Shown here piece after piece: positions 1-9,313 of a DNA stretch of 64,000 nucleotides. The position numbers and the translations under genes are program-made. The notes below the pieces were generated by a model. The model was not told the origin of the DNA. It searched no databases and saw nothing but the letters and a program-made list of their open reading frames with translations. Each line of letters begins with the position of its first letter. Position 1 is the stretch's first letter. Where the stretch lies: positions 62,001-126,000 of the IMG/VR virus record IMGVR_UViG_3300032053_000002, one strand, 5' to 3'.

Positions 1-1062
1 AATAGGTTGAATTATTTTTTCAGCTTCTTCGATAATAATGGGATTTTGTTCTGTCGCGGCAGCAGGAAGATTGAAATCATCCGGCGGTGATTGTAATAAA
101 TCGGTTTCTTCTTTTACTACTATTGTTTTTTTTCTCCGCCTTTTTGGTTTTGTGAGTTCTTCCACTCGTTCAGTTTCATCACCACTTATAACCGTACTCA
201 CGCTAACTACTCTTTGTTTTCCTTCAATACTAATTCTTTCTTCCTTTGATTTTTGTATAACCATATTCATGGCGATAATAAGAGCGATCGCCAAAGGATC
301 GAATACAAAAATAATAATAAGAGTAAACCATTTAACGACCGTGTCCATACCAATATTAAACAATCTCGCAATATACAATAACGGCCCAACATCGGCTCCA
401 GTATCAATCAACTCAAGTTTTTTGTCTGAGATTTCATTGCCTATTCTTGAAAGTTTTGCGTTCGTAGAATCCAAGTTGGCGACATACTTAGAAATGTTAT
501 TATCTATTCTCGTTAGTTCTTCATCGTATCGCTTGTAGACCTGACTATTTCTCCAGGAGCGGTTTTTGATTGAAACGGAATCGATTGCTATATTATTGGC
601 TGCGATTTCGCCATTTCTATTCTGAATCGTTGATTGCCGTTCATTTCTTAACGTTGATATATCGTTTATCAATCTTTCACGCTCCGCTACCAGATCACCT
701 TTTCGCTGATCTAGAACCTGGTTCTGAGAATTGATTTTTTCCAATCCAATAGTAGAACCTTGATAAGAACTGGTTAAATATCCGAAAATACCGGCGGAAG
801 TAAGTATCATTAAAATCAACAATCCGATAGTCAAATATACCTTTAACGACTTCGGAACGGCTTTCCAATAACGATATAAAAATGAGGCGGTGATAATTTT
901 AGCGAATTCCAATCCACCCATCATTATGGCGACATAAACAAGAGAACCGGCGTATAACATCGAAACACCAGTAATAGAAAATACTGCTGCCATAGAAGCC
1001 AATAGCATTGCCGAGAAGCCTAATAGAAATGTAAAAAGCCGGCTATTCGTTTTTTCTAGCAT
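1..1062 (-). CDS. Conserved phage membrane/coiled-coil protein (3'-partial; not in ORF track)
   Basis: Manual translation from ATG 1062: MLEKTNSRLFTFLLGFSAMLLASMAAVFSITG...LEFAKIITASFLYRYW...; several TM segments, central coiled coil, FVFDPLAIAL motif; open to window edge. Confidence 0.8.
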   Translation of the reverse strand, partial: MLEKTNSRLFTFLLGFSAMLLASMAAVFSITGVSMLYAGSLVYVAIMMGGLEFAKIITASFLYRYWKAVPKSLKVYLTIGLLILMILTSAGIFGYLTSSYQGSTIGLEKINSQNQVLDQRKGDLVAERERLINDISTLRNERQSTIQNRNGEIAANNIAIDSVSIKNRSWRNSQVYKRYDEELTRIDNNISKYVANLDSTNAKLSRIGNEISDKKLELIDTGADVGPLLYIARLFNIGMDTVVKWFTLIIIFVFDPLAIALIIAMNMVIQKSKEERISIEGKQRVVSVSTVISGDETERVEELTKPKRRRKKTIVVKEETDLLQSPPDDFNLPAAATEQNPIIIEEAEKIIQPI

Positions 1063-1067
1063 TTTGT

Positions 1068-1253
1068 TTATAATCGGTTATCAGTTTCGCGGACAATCAG
1101 GGATTGAATTTGACCTAATTTTGCTTGCAAATATTTTAACGTATCATAAACCTTTTCTTCGGTAATGGTTTTCTTTTCCATTCCAGTTTTAGCCATATCA
1201 AGTTGAGCTGACGCTTCCCCTAAATACTGATCCACTAATTCTTTGTATATCAT
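1068..1253 (-). CDS. Small hypothetical protein
   Basis: 61-aa ORF with upstream GGAG. Confidence 0.6.
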   Translation of the reverse strand: MIYKELVDQYLGEASAQLDMAKTGMEKKTITEEKVYDTLKYLQAKLGQIQSLIVRETDNRL

Positions 1254-1290
1254 AAAAACTCCTTAAAATTTTGTTTACTCATATAAATAT

Positions 1291-1324
1291 AAAAAAAAGA
1301 AAAAGGGGGACAATTTGTCCCCCC
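1291..1324 (-). terminator. Rho-independent terminator after Ro60 gene
   Basis: GGGGGACAA/TTGTCCCCC hairpin followed by a T-tract on the minus strand. Confidence 0.85.
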
Positions 1325-1330
1325 GTTGAT

Positions 1331-3019
1331 TTAGAATTTATCACTAATGAAATCGGACATTATTGTTGGAACGTTTGTATCGAAGCCAACTACATCGAGT
1401 GCGGAAGTATCCATCGGATCCGCTATCGTAAATTCGGTGCTCGTCATTCCGACAACAATAAGTTTCACGTCATGCCCAACTTGGTCTCTGTATTGTTTCA
1501 TTGCTTGAGTTGGATGAATTTTACCTGCCCAAGTTTCGCAATCCGTATAAATAACAATCGCGTCAAAATCCTTTTTGTTATTTTTCGCCCAAATTGCTGG
1601 CAATGCGCAATCAGTTGCTCCAAACGGTAATCCGTTAGTATAATCCGTTATTTCGTTCAAAGACATTCCTGAGTGAACCTTTAACTCGGCGACGTTTGAT
1701 TGCCCAGATAACCAATCTCCTCCAGTGAATCCGATAATAGCGTGATTCTTTTCAGTTCTCATCGTTACCAATGCGAGAGCCGCAGACGCTTCTCTCGGAG
1801 AAAGGTTTAGAATGTTAGCAACACCACCATTAGACATTGAACCGGATACGTCAAGAGCTAACAATATTCTTTTCCCGGTCGGTTCAACATATTTGAACGC
1901 TAAATAAAACGCATCGTTCAGCGCTTTAACAATTTGCGGAACAACATTCCATTGACCAGACCCGCGCATACCGTGACCAGATTCGTAAGTTTTCAGCGCC
2001 ATCAAAATCGCAACAGGATGGATTCTTGCCTTACGCAAATTATCTTCGTTGGTGATTTTATCCACGACAAAGTTTATTTCAGTGAAGTTTCCAGATTCCA
2101 AAATACCGTGTTTGGATAAGTTACCCAGATTACGAATAAGAGCCGTCATGGGAGTTTTTGGCAACAGAGTTTCCCAGACTTTCTTTCCCATGAATTGAGT
2201 CGGAATTGCTTCTCTCGGAATGTTGTATTGGTTTATTAATGCAACGATTTCGTCTTCAGTTGTCGCCTTTTTCGCTAACTCGAATGCGTAAATTAAAGGA
2301 ATATCTTTCACGTCTTCAATGGTATGCGGAAAAGTTTTTTCAGTGCTCTTATCTTTCATCAGTCTTTCGCCACCAACTCCGTGCGTCATCCACGCGAATG
2401 CGAGATTGAATATCCCATCCGTCGCTTGAGCGTGAGACAATCTCAATAAGTCTCGGTGAGACCATCCATCGCGAGATTGATATTTAACGGCCTGGAGTGC
2501 TAAAGAATCGATATTCTTTTCAGTATACCATTTAGCAACTCCATTTCTTAAACCGCGGCCCCACCCACGAAATCCGTTCACGTATTCGGCGAAATGAAAT
2601 AGATGAGTTCCGATTCTGGCGACTTTTGTAAGATTTTCTAATGCATATTTTTTCGCCACGTCGCTACCAAATCCGACTACCATCGCTAGCGCGAACAATG
2701 CCGGGTCGTTGTTTGGAGCACGCCCACTTTCAGACACTTCTACGATTCTATCGACTAATTTTTTCGCCGTGTCTTGCGTTTTACAGTTGTCGATAAGAGT
2801 TTTAATGTTATCCGCATTTTTTACCGTTAACTCTTTCGCGGTTGCGTAATAAGTTGGCTGATCGCTTCCCAGAATTAAAAAGCGATCAAGGACTTTCCAT
2901 TCATCCAATTTGAAAACCACGCCTCCGGCATAGTTTTTAGCCATGTCTTTCTCACGACCTGGAATTACCTGTCGTTGAGAAGTTTTTTTAGTGTTGTAAT
3001 GTTTTTGGTAAGTTTGCAT
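1331..3019 (-). CDS. rsr: Ro60/Rsr TROVE-domain RNA-binding protein (TROVE + vWA)
   Basis: FLILGSD..TYY, RIGTHLFHF, KYQSRDGWSHRDLLRLSH, MTALIRNLG, ALDVSGSM and TDCETW (MIDAS) motifs; 562 aa. Confidence 0.96.
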   Translation of the reverse strand: MQTYQKHYNTKKTSQRQVIPGREKDMAKNYAGGVVFKLDEWKVLDRFLILGSDQPTYYATAKELTVKNADNIKTLIDNCKTQDTAKKLVDRIVEVSESGRAPNNDPALFALAMVVGFGSDVAKKYALENLTKVARIGTHLFHFAEYVNGFRGWGRGLRNGVAKWYTEKNIDSLALQAVKYQSRDGWSHRDLLRLSHAQATDGIFNLAFAWMTHGVGGERLMKDKSTEKTFPHTIEDVKDIPLIYAFELAKKATTEDEIVALINQYNIPREAIPTQFMGKKVWETLLPKTPMTALIRNLGNLSKHGILESGNFTEINFVVDKITNEDNLRKARIHPVAILMALKTYESGHGMRGSGQWNVVPQIVKALNDAFYLAFKYVEPTGKRILLALDVSGSMSNGGVANILNLSPREASAALALVTMRTEKNHAIIGFTGGDWLSGQSNVAELKVHSGMSLNEITDYTNGLPFGATDCALPAIWAKNNKKDFDAIVIYTDCETWAGKIHPTQAMKQYRDQVGHDVKLIVVGMTSTEFTIADPMDTSALDVVGFDTNVPTIMSDFISDKF

Positions 3020-3059
3020 GATTCGACCCTCCTCCGATAAAGATAAAGGTTAATTGTTC

Positions 3060-3347
3060 TTACTGATTATTTATTATGTTTTCGTTTATTATGTTTTCGT
3101 TTAAAGCACATTCTATTTTCGCAATTGTTTTCAGTGTGAGATTCGCGTTTCCCGCCAATATATCATCTAACCGAGATTCTCTCATTTTAAGTTGTGTTGC
3201 GAATTCTTTTTTGTTAATCCCCTTATTTTTTAATATATTAAAAATTCTTATTGCAATGTCACTTTGTATTTGAACATATCTTTTTATTTCAGGTGGTACA
3301 TTTGCAAGAGCCTTTAAAAACGCAGATTTTGTGTCGTACAATTTCAA
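3060..3347 (-). CDS. XRE-family helix-turn-helix protein
   Basis: KGINKKEFATQLKMRESRLDDILAGNANLTLKTIAKIE HTH pattern. Confidence 0.8.
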   Translation of the reverse strand: MKLYDTKSAFLKALANVPPEIKRYVQIQSDIAIRIFNILKNKGINKKEFATQLKMRESRLDDILAGNANLTLKTIAKIECALNENIINENIINNQ

Positions 3348-3734
3348 ATTACCTTTTGTTATTTATTTTTTAATATTTTGCAAGCGATTTCTTTTTTTCT
3401 CACACACTCGGGGCAAACATATTCGTATTCATCTTCATTGAAGTCGTCACCCTCTAATATTATTTTCTGGTCTTTACAATTCGCAATGTCTTTTAGTGCG
3501 CGTTTTAGTTTTCGGTTTTCATCACTGAGTTCCATAATTTGTCTTCCTGCTGCGAATAGTGGTTCTTCTTGTTTTCTTCTTTCTTTACTTTCTTCTTCAG
3601 AAAGATGTCTATCTTCTGGTTCTATTAATCCAACACACATATTTATGTTTCTCCTATTTATGCTATAGCGCTCCCACCACTAGTGGTTTTTAACTATTTA
3701 AAATTAAAAAAGTTCCCCGAATAATTAAATATTT

Positions 3735-3971
3735 TTATATCGTCGCCCAAACTATCCATCCGAATATATTAGATAATAAGAAGATAACCCACAAAGTCAA
3801 CGCCGACCATTCTCGTTTTCTTAACGCCCAATAAATCCAGAAAAAGTTCGAGAATATCCAAACCGGCCAACACCAAATAATCTTAAACGCATTGAGAATA
3901 ATGCCGATCAAAGATAATGATGTTGCAATCCATCCAACAATTTTTAATTTTTTGATTTGATTTTCTTCCAA
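3735..3971 (-). CDS. Small PnuC-like membrane protein
   Basis: GWIATSLSLIGIILNA..WCWPVWIFSN; start moved to TTG 3971 (GGAGG upstream) because the tracked start lies inside the Y RNA. Confidence 0.6.
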   Translation of the reverse strand: MEENQIKKLKIVGWIATSLSLIGIILNAFKIIWCWPVWIFSNFFWIYWALRKREWSALTLWVIFLLSNIFGWIVWATI

Positions 3972-3990
3972 GAAACCTCCGCAAAAATAA

Positions 3991-4141
3991 ATATCGAACA
4001 AGATACGGTGACGACTATGGCCTTTCGGCCAGGCGGACGCTCTACCCCTGAGCTACGGTCGCTAACTAATAGTCTGACCGGCGAAGACTTGAACTTCGCG
4101 ACATTCTGCATAGGATAATCATCAATCCATCGGCTCGATAT
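3991..4141 (-). ncRNA. yrlA: YrlA-type Y RNA (circularly permuted tRNA mimic with Ro-binding stem)
   Basis: ATATCGAGC-C-GA pairs with TT-GTTCGATAT (bulged C); order T-arm (GCGAAG TTCAAGT CTTCGC), loop-closed acceptor (CGGTC/GACCG), D-arm (GCTC AGGGGTA GAGC); about 1 kb upstream of rsr. Confidence 0.88.
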
Positions 4142-4152
4142 ATCAAAGAATA

Positions 4153-4209
4153 GTGAACAAGTAATCTAATAACGGGAGTCTGAATGATAACCGTTATTAT
4201 TCGGCTCAC
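4153..4209 (-). ncRNA. Short Y-like RNA (YrlB-like), copy B
   Basis: GTGAGC-C-GA / TT-GTTCAC stem; upper stem TAATAACGG/CCGTTATTA; GGTTATC motif. Confidence 0.75.
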
Positions 4210-4219
4210 CACGTTCCAG

Positions 4220-4293
4220 TTGCGGGAGCAAGAATCGAACTTGCGTTTGTACGGCTTATGAGACCGTGCTGGCACCACTCCAGTCATCCCACA
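4220..4293 (-). tRNA. tRNA-Met (CAT)
   Basis: Cloverleaf; ACGGT CT CAT AA GCCGT. Confidence 0.9.
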
Positions 4294-4307
4294 ATATAAA
4301 ATAAATT

Positions 4308-4367
4308 GACGGATAATTTGCTGAAAAGCGCTTTTCTCTGACGGTAACGTTTCTCTATCGACCCATC
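4308..4367 (-). ncRNA. Short Y-like RNA, copy C
   Basis: GATGGGT-C-GA / TT-ATCCGTC; GAGAAACG-TTACC ... AAAAG-CGCTTTTC. Confidence 0.65.
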
Positions 4368-4430
4368 AAAATCCCGAATCCGTATTTCTACGAACTCATT
4401 ACTGTTCCTGCACATGGCAGGTCAGCTAAA

Positions 4431-4850
4431 ATAAAAGAGTGGTGAGATTAGCATTTACTCACAAGCCTGAACCCGGACAGATTTTTAGTAGCACACCAGT
4501 TAACAGGCGTCCCGGTTAACTTTATATGGTGGAGAGAACCAGCGTCTCTCAACATTCACTAGTAGTAGCTATGTATGCCAACAAGTGGGGGATTTTAGCA
4601 AAAGCACCGCCTTTTTCGAATGAACCCCCGGAGTTGACCAACTCCCGAGAAAGGCGTCTACTTATCTGTGCGAATCGTGCAACCAACGAAAAACTTTTTC
4701 AAGTTTGTCGCCGTACTTTACCTACCTACATAGGTATTCAGTCACACTCATACTCATCAAATCCGAACAAATATGTAGAACCGATTCTACATAGCTAAAT
4801 AGCATAGTACGGTTTCGATGAGTTTCGTCGCCACGCAGGGCGACAAATAA
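4431..4850 (-). ncRNA. Unidentified large structured RNA(s)
   Basis: No credible minus-strand ORF; several perfect stems and crossing pairings. Confidence 0.55.
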
Positions 4851-4870
4851 TTTTCAAAGAACAAAAAACT

Positions 4871-4973
4871 GACGGATAAAAGTGGACAACGAGATTGGCG
4901 AGCGTCACGTCGTGCTTCATCGCACGGCTTAGCCGTGCTTTCTATTGAGATAACGTTGTTCCGACGACCCATC
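4871..4973 (-). ncRNA. Y-like RNA, copy D
   Basis: GATGGGT-C-G / T-ATCCGTC terminal stem identical to copy C; ACAACG-TTATC; GCACGGC/GCCGTGC hairpin. Confidence 0.6.
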
Positions 4974-4990
4974 AAATTTATATTTATAAA

Positions 4991-5114
4991 TAGCGACTGT
5001 GACTCTATGGGTACTCTTAGTTAAGCATTCCAGCTTAAGGTAAGGAGTTCTATACAGTAAGCCATAGTCTATCTGTATCGATCATATTCCCTACGTATGC
5101 ACGAGTAGTCGCCA
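4991..5114 (-). ncRNA. Unidentified structured RNA
   Basis: TGGCGACT/AGTCGCTA closing stem, AT-rich flanks. Confidence 0.4.
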
Positions 5115-5122
5115 AATAAAAC

Positions 5123-5368
5123 TTTTAGGATAAGGAGCGACCAGGATGGGAATTACTTTTTTTCCCGTGTTTCAAGCCACGTTTTTATTTACATTGTTTT
5201 CTCAATGAGAACTTTTACGAAATCCTAAAACGGGAAATTTTTACGTGTTTCAAGCACGGAACAATTACTCACTACTTATTTTGTTTGAAGTGAATGGTTA
5301 GACGCTCAACCCTAACCTTTTTTCCTAATTACAAGTATTATGATAACCCTGCATCATCGACCCTAAAA
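5123..5368 (-). ncRNA. Long Y-like RNA, copy E (246 nt)
   Basis: TTTTAGGGT-C-GA / TT-ATCCTAAAA; CAGGGT/ATCCTG; GGGTTATC; two CGTG-(G)CTTGAAA-CACG hairpins. Confidence 0.65.
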
Positions 5369-5373
5369 ATTAT

Positions 5374-5450
5374 TGAGAGATCCCACAGGTCGGCATTTCT
5401 GCGTTTGGTACTTTAATAGCGCCACGATTTACTGTGGATTTACTCTCTCA
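5374..5450 (-). ncRNA. Unidentified structured RNA
   Basis: GAGAGA..ATCCACAG / CTGTGGGATCTCTC stem enclosing a GCA-GAAA-TGC hairpin; follows a boxA-like motif. Confidence 0.5.
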
Positions 5451-5622
5451 TACTTCAAAGAACAAAATGCAAGATTCGCGAAAGGAAATGATTCACGCCC
5501 AGAGATTCGCGAATCGAGAGCCCATTCTACGCATGGTAGACGGGACGAATATAAATATATGTATTTTTTATAAACATACTTATTATACAACCATTAAAAT
5601 AAAAAGTTCCATTTTTTTCATT

Positions 5623-5946
5623 TTATTTTTCATTTATTGACGATGTATATTTTATAAGTTCAGCAAAAAATTTTACGTATTCTTCTAATATCTTCGGATT
5701 AATAAATTCATTTTTTTCATAACTATTTTCCAACTTAACAAATTCATTTTTCGCTCTTAGAAAATTCTCCCTCTTCCACGCAAACTCTTCAGCATATCTT
5801 TCGTCTAGAAAAAACGGCTCTTTGTTGAATATTTCTTCTAATTCGACAATAGAATTTTTTATAAACATCATTATGTCAAGCCAGTTCATAACAGATTCTA
5901 TTGTCGCCTTTGAATGTTCCACTTTTTTAATTTCCTTTTTCTTCAT
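5623..5946 (-). CDS. Hypothetical protein
   Basis: 107-aa ORF below a TTGACT-type promoter. Confidence 0.6.
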   Translation of the reverse strand: MKKKEIKKVEHSKATIESVMNWLDIMMFIKNSIVELEEIFNKEPFFLDERYAEEFAWKRENFLRAKNEFVKLENSYEKNEFINPKILEEYVKFFAELIKYTSSINEK

Positions 5947-6209
5947 ATTATAAATATAAGAAAAAAATCGCGAACAGTCAAGTAAATTATTTTATATCTT
6001 CAAACTGAACATCAACCATTTCTTCGCAGAAGAAAAGGGTGCCATCCTTTTTAAGAACCAAATCAGAATTACTATACCACTTAAACCATTCTAATCTATT
6101 CGCAGAGACACCCTCGTCTTTTACTTTTAATTTAACTACGCATTTTTTATCTTGAAAGTTTATAATTTCCATTGTTTTAATAAAAGAAGGCGGCGCAATT
6201 GCGTCCACT

Positions 6210-6629
6210 TTACTTAACTTCGATCTTTTTAAATTTAGTTTGCTCCGTTTTCGGCAAATCTATTGTTAGAATTCCGTTCTCGTACTTCGCATTGATATTT
6301 TCCGAATCAAAAGTGTTCCCGATATATTGCTGGCGAGAAAATGAGCGAGAACCGACTTCTCGATAAATATAACGAGAATTCTTTTCTTCTTTTCCGGCCT
6401 TTTCTTCGCCAGAAATTGAAAGCCATCCATTTTCAAACTTTATATCGAGGTCTTCTTTTTTGAATCCCGGAATATCCAACGACACTTCTATTTTGTCGTC
6501 AAACTCTTTCATATCCATTTTCGGGCCTTTAAAAAGAGCGGGTTTTAAAAAATCACTCAGTACGTCATCAAATTCCTCAAACAAAGATGGCAAGTTACGA
6601 TTAAAATATCTAGTTAAAGATGTGTTCAT
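6210..6629 (-). CDS. hsp20: Small heat-shock protein (Hsp20/alpha-crystallin)
   Basis: DIPGFKKEDLDI, SFSRQ, AKYENGILTIDLPK. Confidence 0.95.
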   Translation of the reverse strand: MNTSLTRYFNRNLPSLFEEFDDVLSDFLKPALFKGPKMDMKEFDDKIEVSLDIPGFKKEDLDIKFENGWLSISGEEKAGKEEKNSRYIYREVGSRSFSRQQYIGNTFDSENINAKYENGILTIDLPKTEQTKFKKIEVK

Positions 6630-6757
6630 GGCAGTTTTCTCCTTTTTAATTCAACGTTTTAATTAATTGACTACCATCTTACTATACAAATATCATACCA
6701 ATTTATAAGTTATTGTTTTTATTTAATCGGGTGTGTGACACAACTAATGTCATTTTG

Positions 6758-7936
6758 TCATAGTTTAAATATGGCTTTCTTATCGTCCAGCATCCCAAAT
6801 ACGACCGCTATAACTGATTGTTTTTTATCCACGATATAATAATAAACATCTATCGGATTTTGAAATGTCCTGGATTCACAATTTTTATACAAAACATCTT
6901 TTCCATTTTTAAAAATTTCATCATACCTAAGCAATCTTCTCATATTTTCATCATACGATACATTAAAGTGATTTTTCGCCTTCGTTTTCATCGGGCGACC
7001 AATAATGTCTGCGCGTTTCAACCCGGTCACTTTTTCAAACGCCTCATTCGCGTCTAATATGATATAATCAACTATATTTCCGTCCTTATCGTATATTAAT
7101 TTTTTATAAACGATTGGATTGAGCGACCTATTAAATAATGTGCGATATTTTGTTTCTTCCTGTTTTAATTTTCCCGCATAATACTTTTTATCAGAAATAT
7201 CTTGAATTAACGCAAGAAAATAAGTAGGCTTCCCACTATCGCCTTTAATGAGAGTGGTTAAAACACTTACCCAGATATAAAATCCGTCTTTTTTCTTGTA
7301 TCTTTTTTGAACCTCAATATAATCTCTATTGCCAGATAATAATTCTTTAGAGATATAATTAACCGTCGCCTCATCTCTTTTATATGTTATATCGTGGGGC
7401 GACAATCCTAACAAATCATTTTTTGAATACCCCAGTAATTTACAAAACGATTCATTGACATCAACATAAATACTGTTTAAATCAATAAACGCGATTCCTA
7501 TTCCAGGATTATTAAATAACTTATCAAATTTATATCTTTCAACTTTTTGACCTTCGCGAGTCATTATTTTTTCTGAAATGTCCGAGCCCATCAATACTAG
7601 ATAATTTTTATCGTTCTTTATAATAATAGAAAAGGAAAAGTTTAGTAACAAGATATTACCATCTTTATTCACCATAAATATATTTTTCTTTTCTTTATTT
7701 TCAGATGAATTAAACATAGTTTTTAAAGACAAGAAAGTTTTTCCAACATCTTCAGAATAAATAAAATTAGTAAAGTCTTTCCCAACTATCGGCTCGGAAT
7801 AACCTATAAACTTAATTGCGTTATCATTCACCAGTTCTATATTATAATTTTCATTCAACACAAAAATTATTAGGTCAGACCCATGAAAAATGCTACTATG
7901 TATATCTAGTGCATCTATTTTGTCCATGTTATTCAA
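6758..7936 (-). CDS. Multi-PAS-domain protein with no output domain
   Basis: Three PAS repeats (VNDNAIKFIGYS; VNESFCKLLGYS..RYKKKDG.YIWV; ANEAFEKVTGL). Confidence 0.85.
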   Translation of the reverse strand: MNNMDKIDALDIHSSIFHGSDLIIFVLNENYNIELVNDNAIKFIGYSEPIVGKDFTNFIYSEDVGKTFLSLKTMFNSSENKEKKNIFMVNKDGNILLLNFSFSIIIKNDKNYLVLMGSDISEKIMTREGQKVERYKFDKLFNNPGIGIAFIDLNSIYVDVNESFCKLLGYSKNDLLGLSPHDITYKRDEATVNYISKELLSGNRDYIEVQKRYKKKDGFYIWVSVLTTLIKGDSGKPTYFLALIQDISDKKYYAGKLKQEETKYRTLFNRSLNPIVYKKLIYDKDGNIVDYIILDANEAFEKVTGLKRADIIGRPMKTKAKNHFNVSYDENMRRLLRYDEIFKNGKDVLYKNCESRTFQNPIDVYYYIVDKKQSVIAVVFGMLDDKKAIFKL

Positions 7937-8189
7937 TTGATTTCCTTGTTTATCAATAAATATTATTTATTTTTTATTCTTTTAGTTGCCTGGATCAATG
8001 ATGCCAGTCCGTTTGTTATACTATTGGACGATTGAATAATAATTTGCCGCATTGAAGTTTGCACATTGTCTAAACTACTCAATATCGTTCTCAACGAAGA
8101 TATTATTATTCCGAGCCCAATAAATAAAACAGTAAAAATTAAAACTAACAAAATATTAGTAATAGTAAACATACTTTCTCCTTAGTCAG

Positions 8190-8261
8190 TGGTATCGGCA
8201 GGGATTGAACCTGCGCGTGTCGGCATGTCGCGCCGATGCCTTTCCACTTGGCTACGATACC
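8190..8261 (-). tRNA. tRNA-Val (GAC), atypical G32/C33
   Basis: TCGGC GC GAC AT GCCGA; A73. Confidence 0.8.
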
Positions 8262-8704
8262 TTCTTTTTAGTTTTCTTTTTAATTTCGAATATCTTGTCG
8301 CCTTTCGCGGCGAGAAGTGCGGAAGAGCTTATCACTCTACCGGATTTCATTATTAAAATAGTCACTCCAGAATGCGGACTTATCACCTTGCTACTTAACG
8401 ATTCTCTTGCCCAATCCCATATATTATTTTGCTCTCTTTTTCCATAGTAATACGTTTGAAGTGTCCACGAATCTTTTTTTACAACATATCGAACCCGTAT
8501 CCACCCTCTTTTCATCAAATCAAACATAATCTCTTCTCTCGCCTTGCCCTCTTGCCCCATTCGATCTCCATGTTCACCAAACTTTTTAGTGATATAATCT
8601 CTTGTTAGTCCGAACACAGACGGTTTTTCTAAAATGGTGGTTATATGATTTATTTTAACTGGTAGTATTTTACCATTAGGTGCAATCCATTGAGCATCAG
8701 CCAT
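8252..8704 (-). CDS. Hypothetical phage protein
   Basis: 150-aa ORF with SD; last codons overlap the tRNA 5' end. Confidence 0.7.
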   Translation of the reverse strand: MADAQWIAPNGKILPVKINHITTILEKPSVFGLTRDYITKKFGEHGDRMGQEGKAREEIMFDLMKRGWIRVRYVVKKDSWTLQTYYYGKREQNNIWDWARESLSSKVISPHSGVTILIMKSGRVISSSALLAAKGDKIFEIKKKTKKKVS

Positions 8705-8719
8705 AAAATCATTCTCCTT

Positions 8720-9301
8720 TTAAACTTTTTCTCGCTCTCGTTTCATCATTTGTTCTATAACTGCATGCATCCAACATTGTGCGGTATATTCAATATATTC
8801 AAATACAAAAGGTTTCCCCTTTATCATAGAATACGCATTAGCTATTTTTTGCGGATGAAACTTTCCCACGTTCTTCATGACGCCATTCATATATACCGTA
8901 TAAATATCGCCACTTGTTTCAGGACCGGAATACAAAATGGCTTCCTGATTATATTTTTTTCCCAATTTTTTCGCCTTACTTAAATCAATGCCGATAACAA
9001 ACAATGATGGCTCGATTACTTGTTCTTTGGACTTTTCATCTTTCCAATACCCCGTTAGCCGAACGAACCCCAGCTGCATTGAACGAATAGTATTTTTTAA
9101 TTTACTAAACAATTCAATGTTTTCTTGTTCGGGCATTTTAACTCCTTCGGCATCATATTCTTTCCACGAGGTCAATATTGCGAATCCAATTTTGGTCGAA
9201 TCTTTATAATGTTGATACAGTCTATTTAAAGACGCCTCGTTTACTTTTTTGAAGTTCCCGTTTAGTTTATATTTTACAATATCAGAAAAAGATACACTCA
9301 C
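8720..9301 (-). CDS. Conserved phage protein, paralog 1 of 3 (DUF3293-like)
   Basis: EASLNRLYQH, FAILTSW, LGF..L.GY, E.SLFV, LGKKYNQEAILY shared with 31911-33072. Confidence 0.7.
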   Translation of the reverse strand: MSVSFSDIVKYKLNGNFKKVNEASLNRLYQHYKDSTKIGFAILTSWKEYDAEGVKMPEQENIELFSKLKNTIRSMQLGFVRLTGYWKDEKSKEQVIEPSLFVIGIDLSKAKKLGKKYNQEAILYSGPETSGDIYTVYMNGVMKNVGKFHPQKIANAYSMIKGKPFVFEYIEYTAQCWMHAVIEQMMKREREKV

Positions 9302-9313
9302 TTTTTCTCTCTC

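Noticed and set aside
4527-4640. tmRNA (GGGGG... and ...CTCCACCA)
   Set aside because: No T-arm before the CCA, no acceptor pairing with a 5' end, no tag ORF
4700-4850. Hammerhead ribozyme (GGCGAC-GAAAC, TTGATGAG pieces)
   Set aside because: No intact CUGANGA core; stem I cannot form at the cleavage site, and an 8-bp hairpin competes
5374-5450. c-di-GMP-II riboswitch
   Set aside because: Only short word matches; kink-turn and pseudoknot partner are absent
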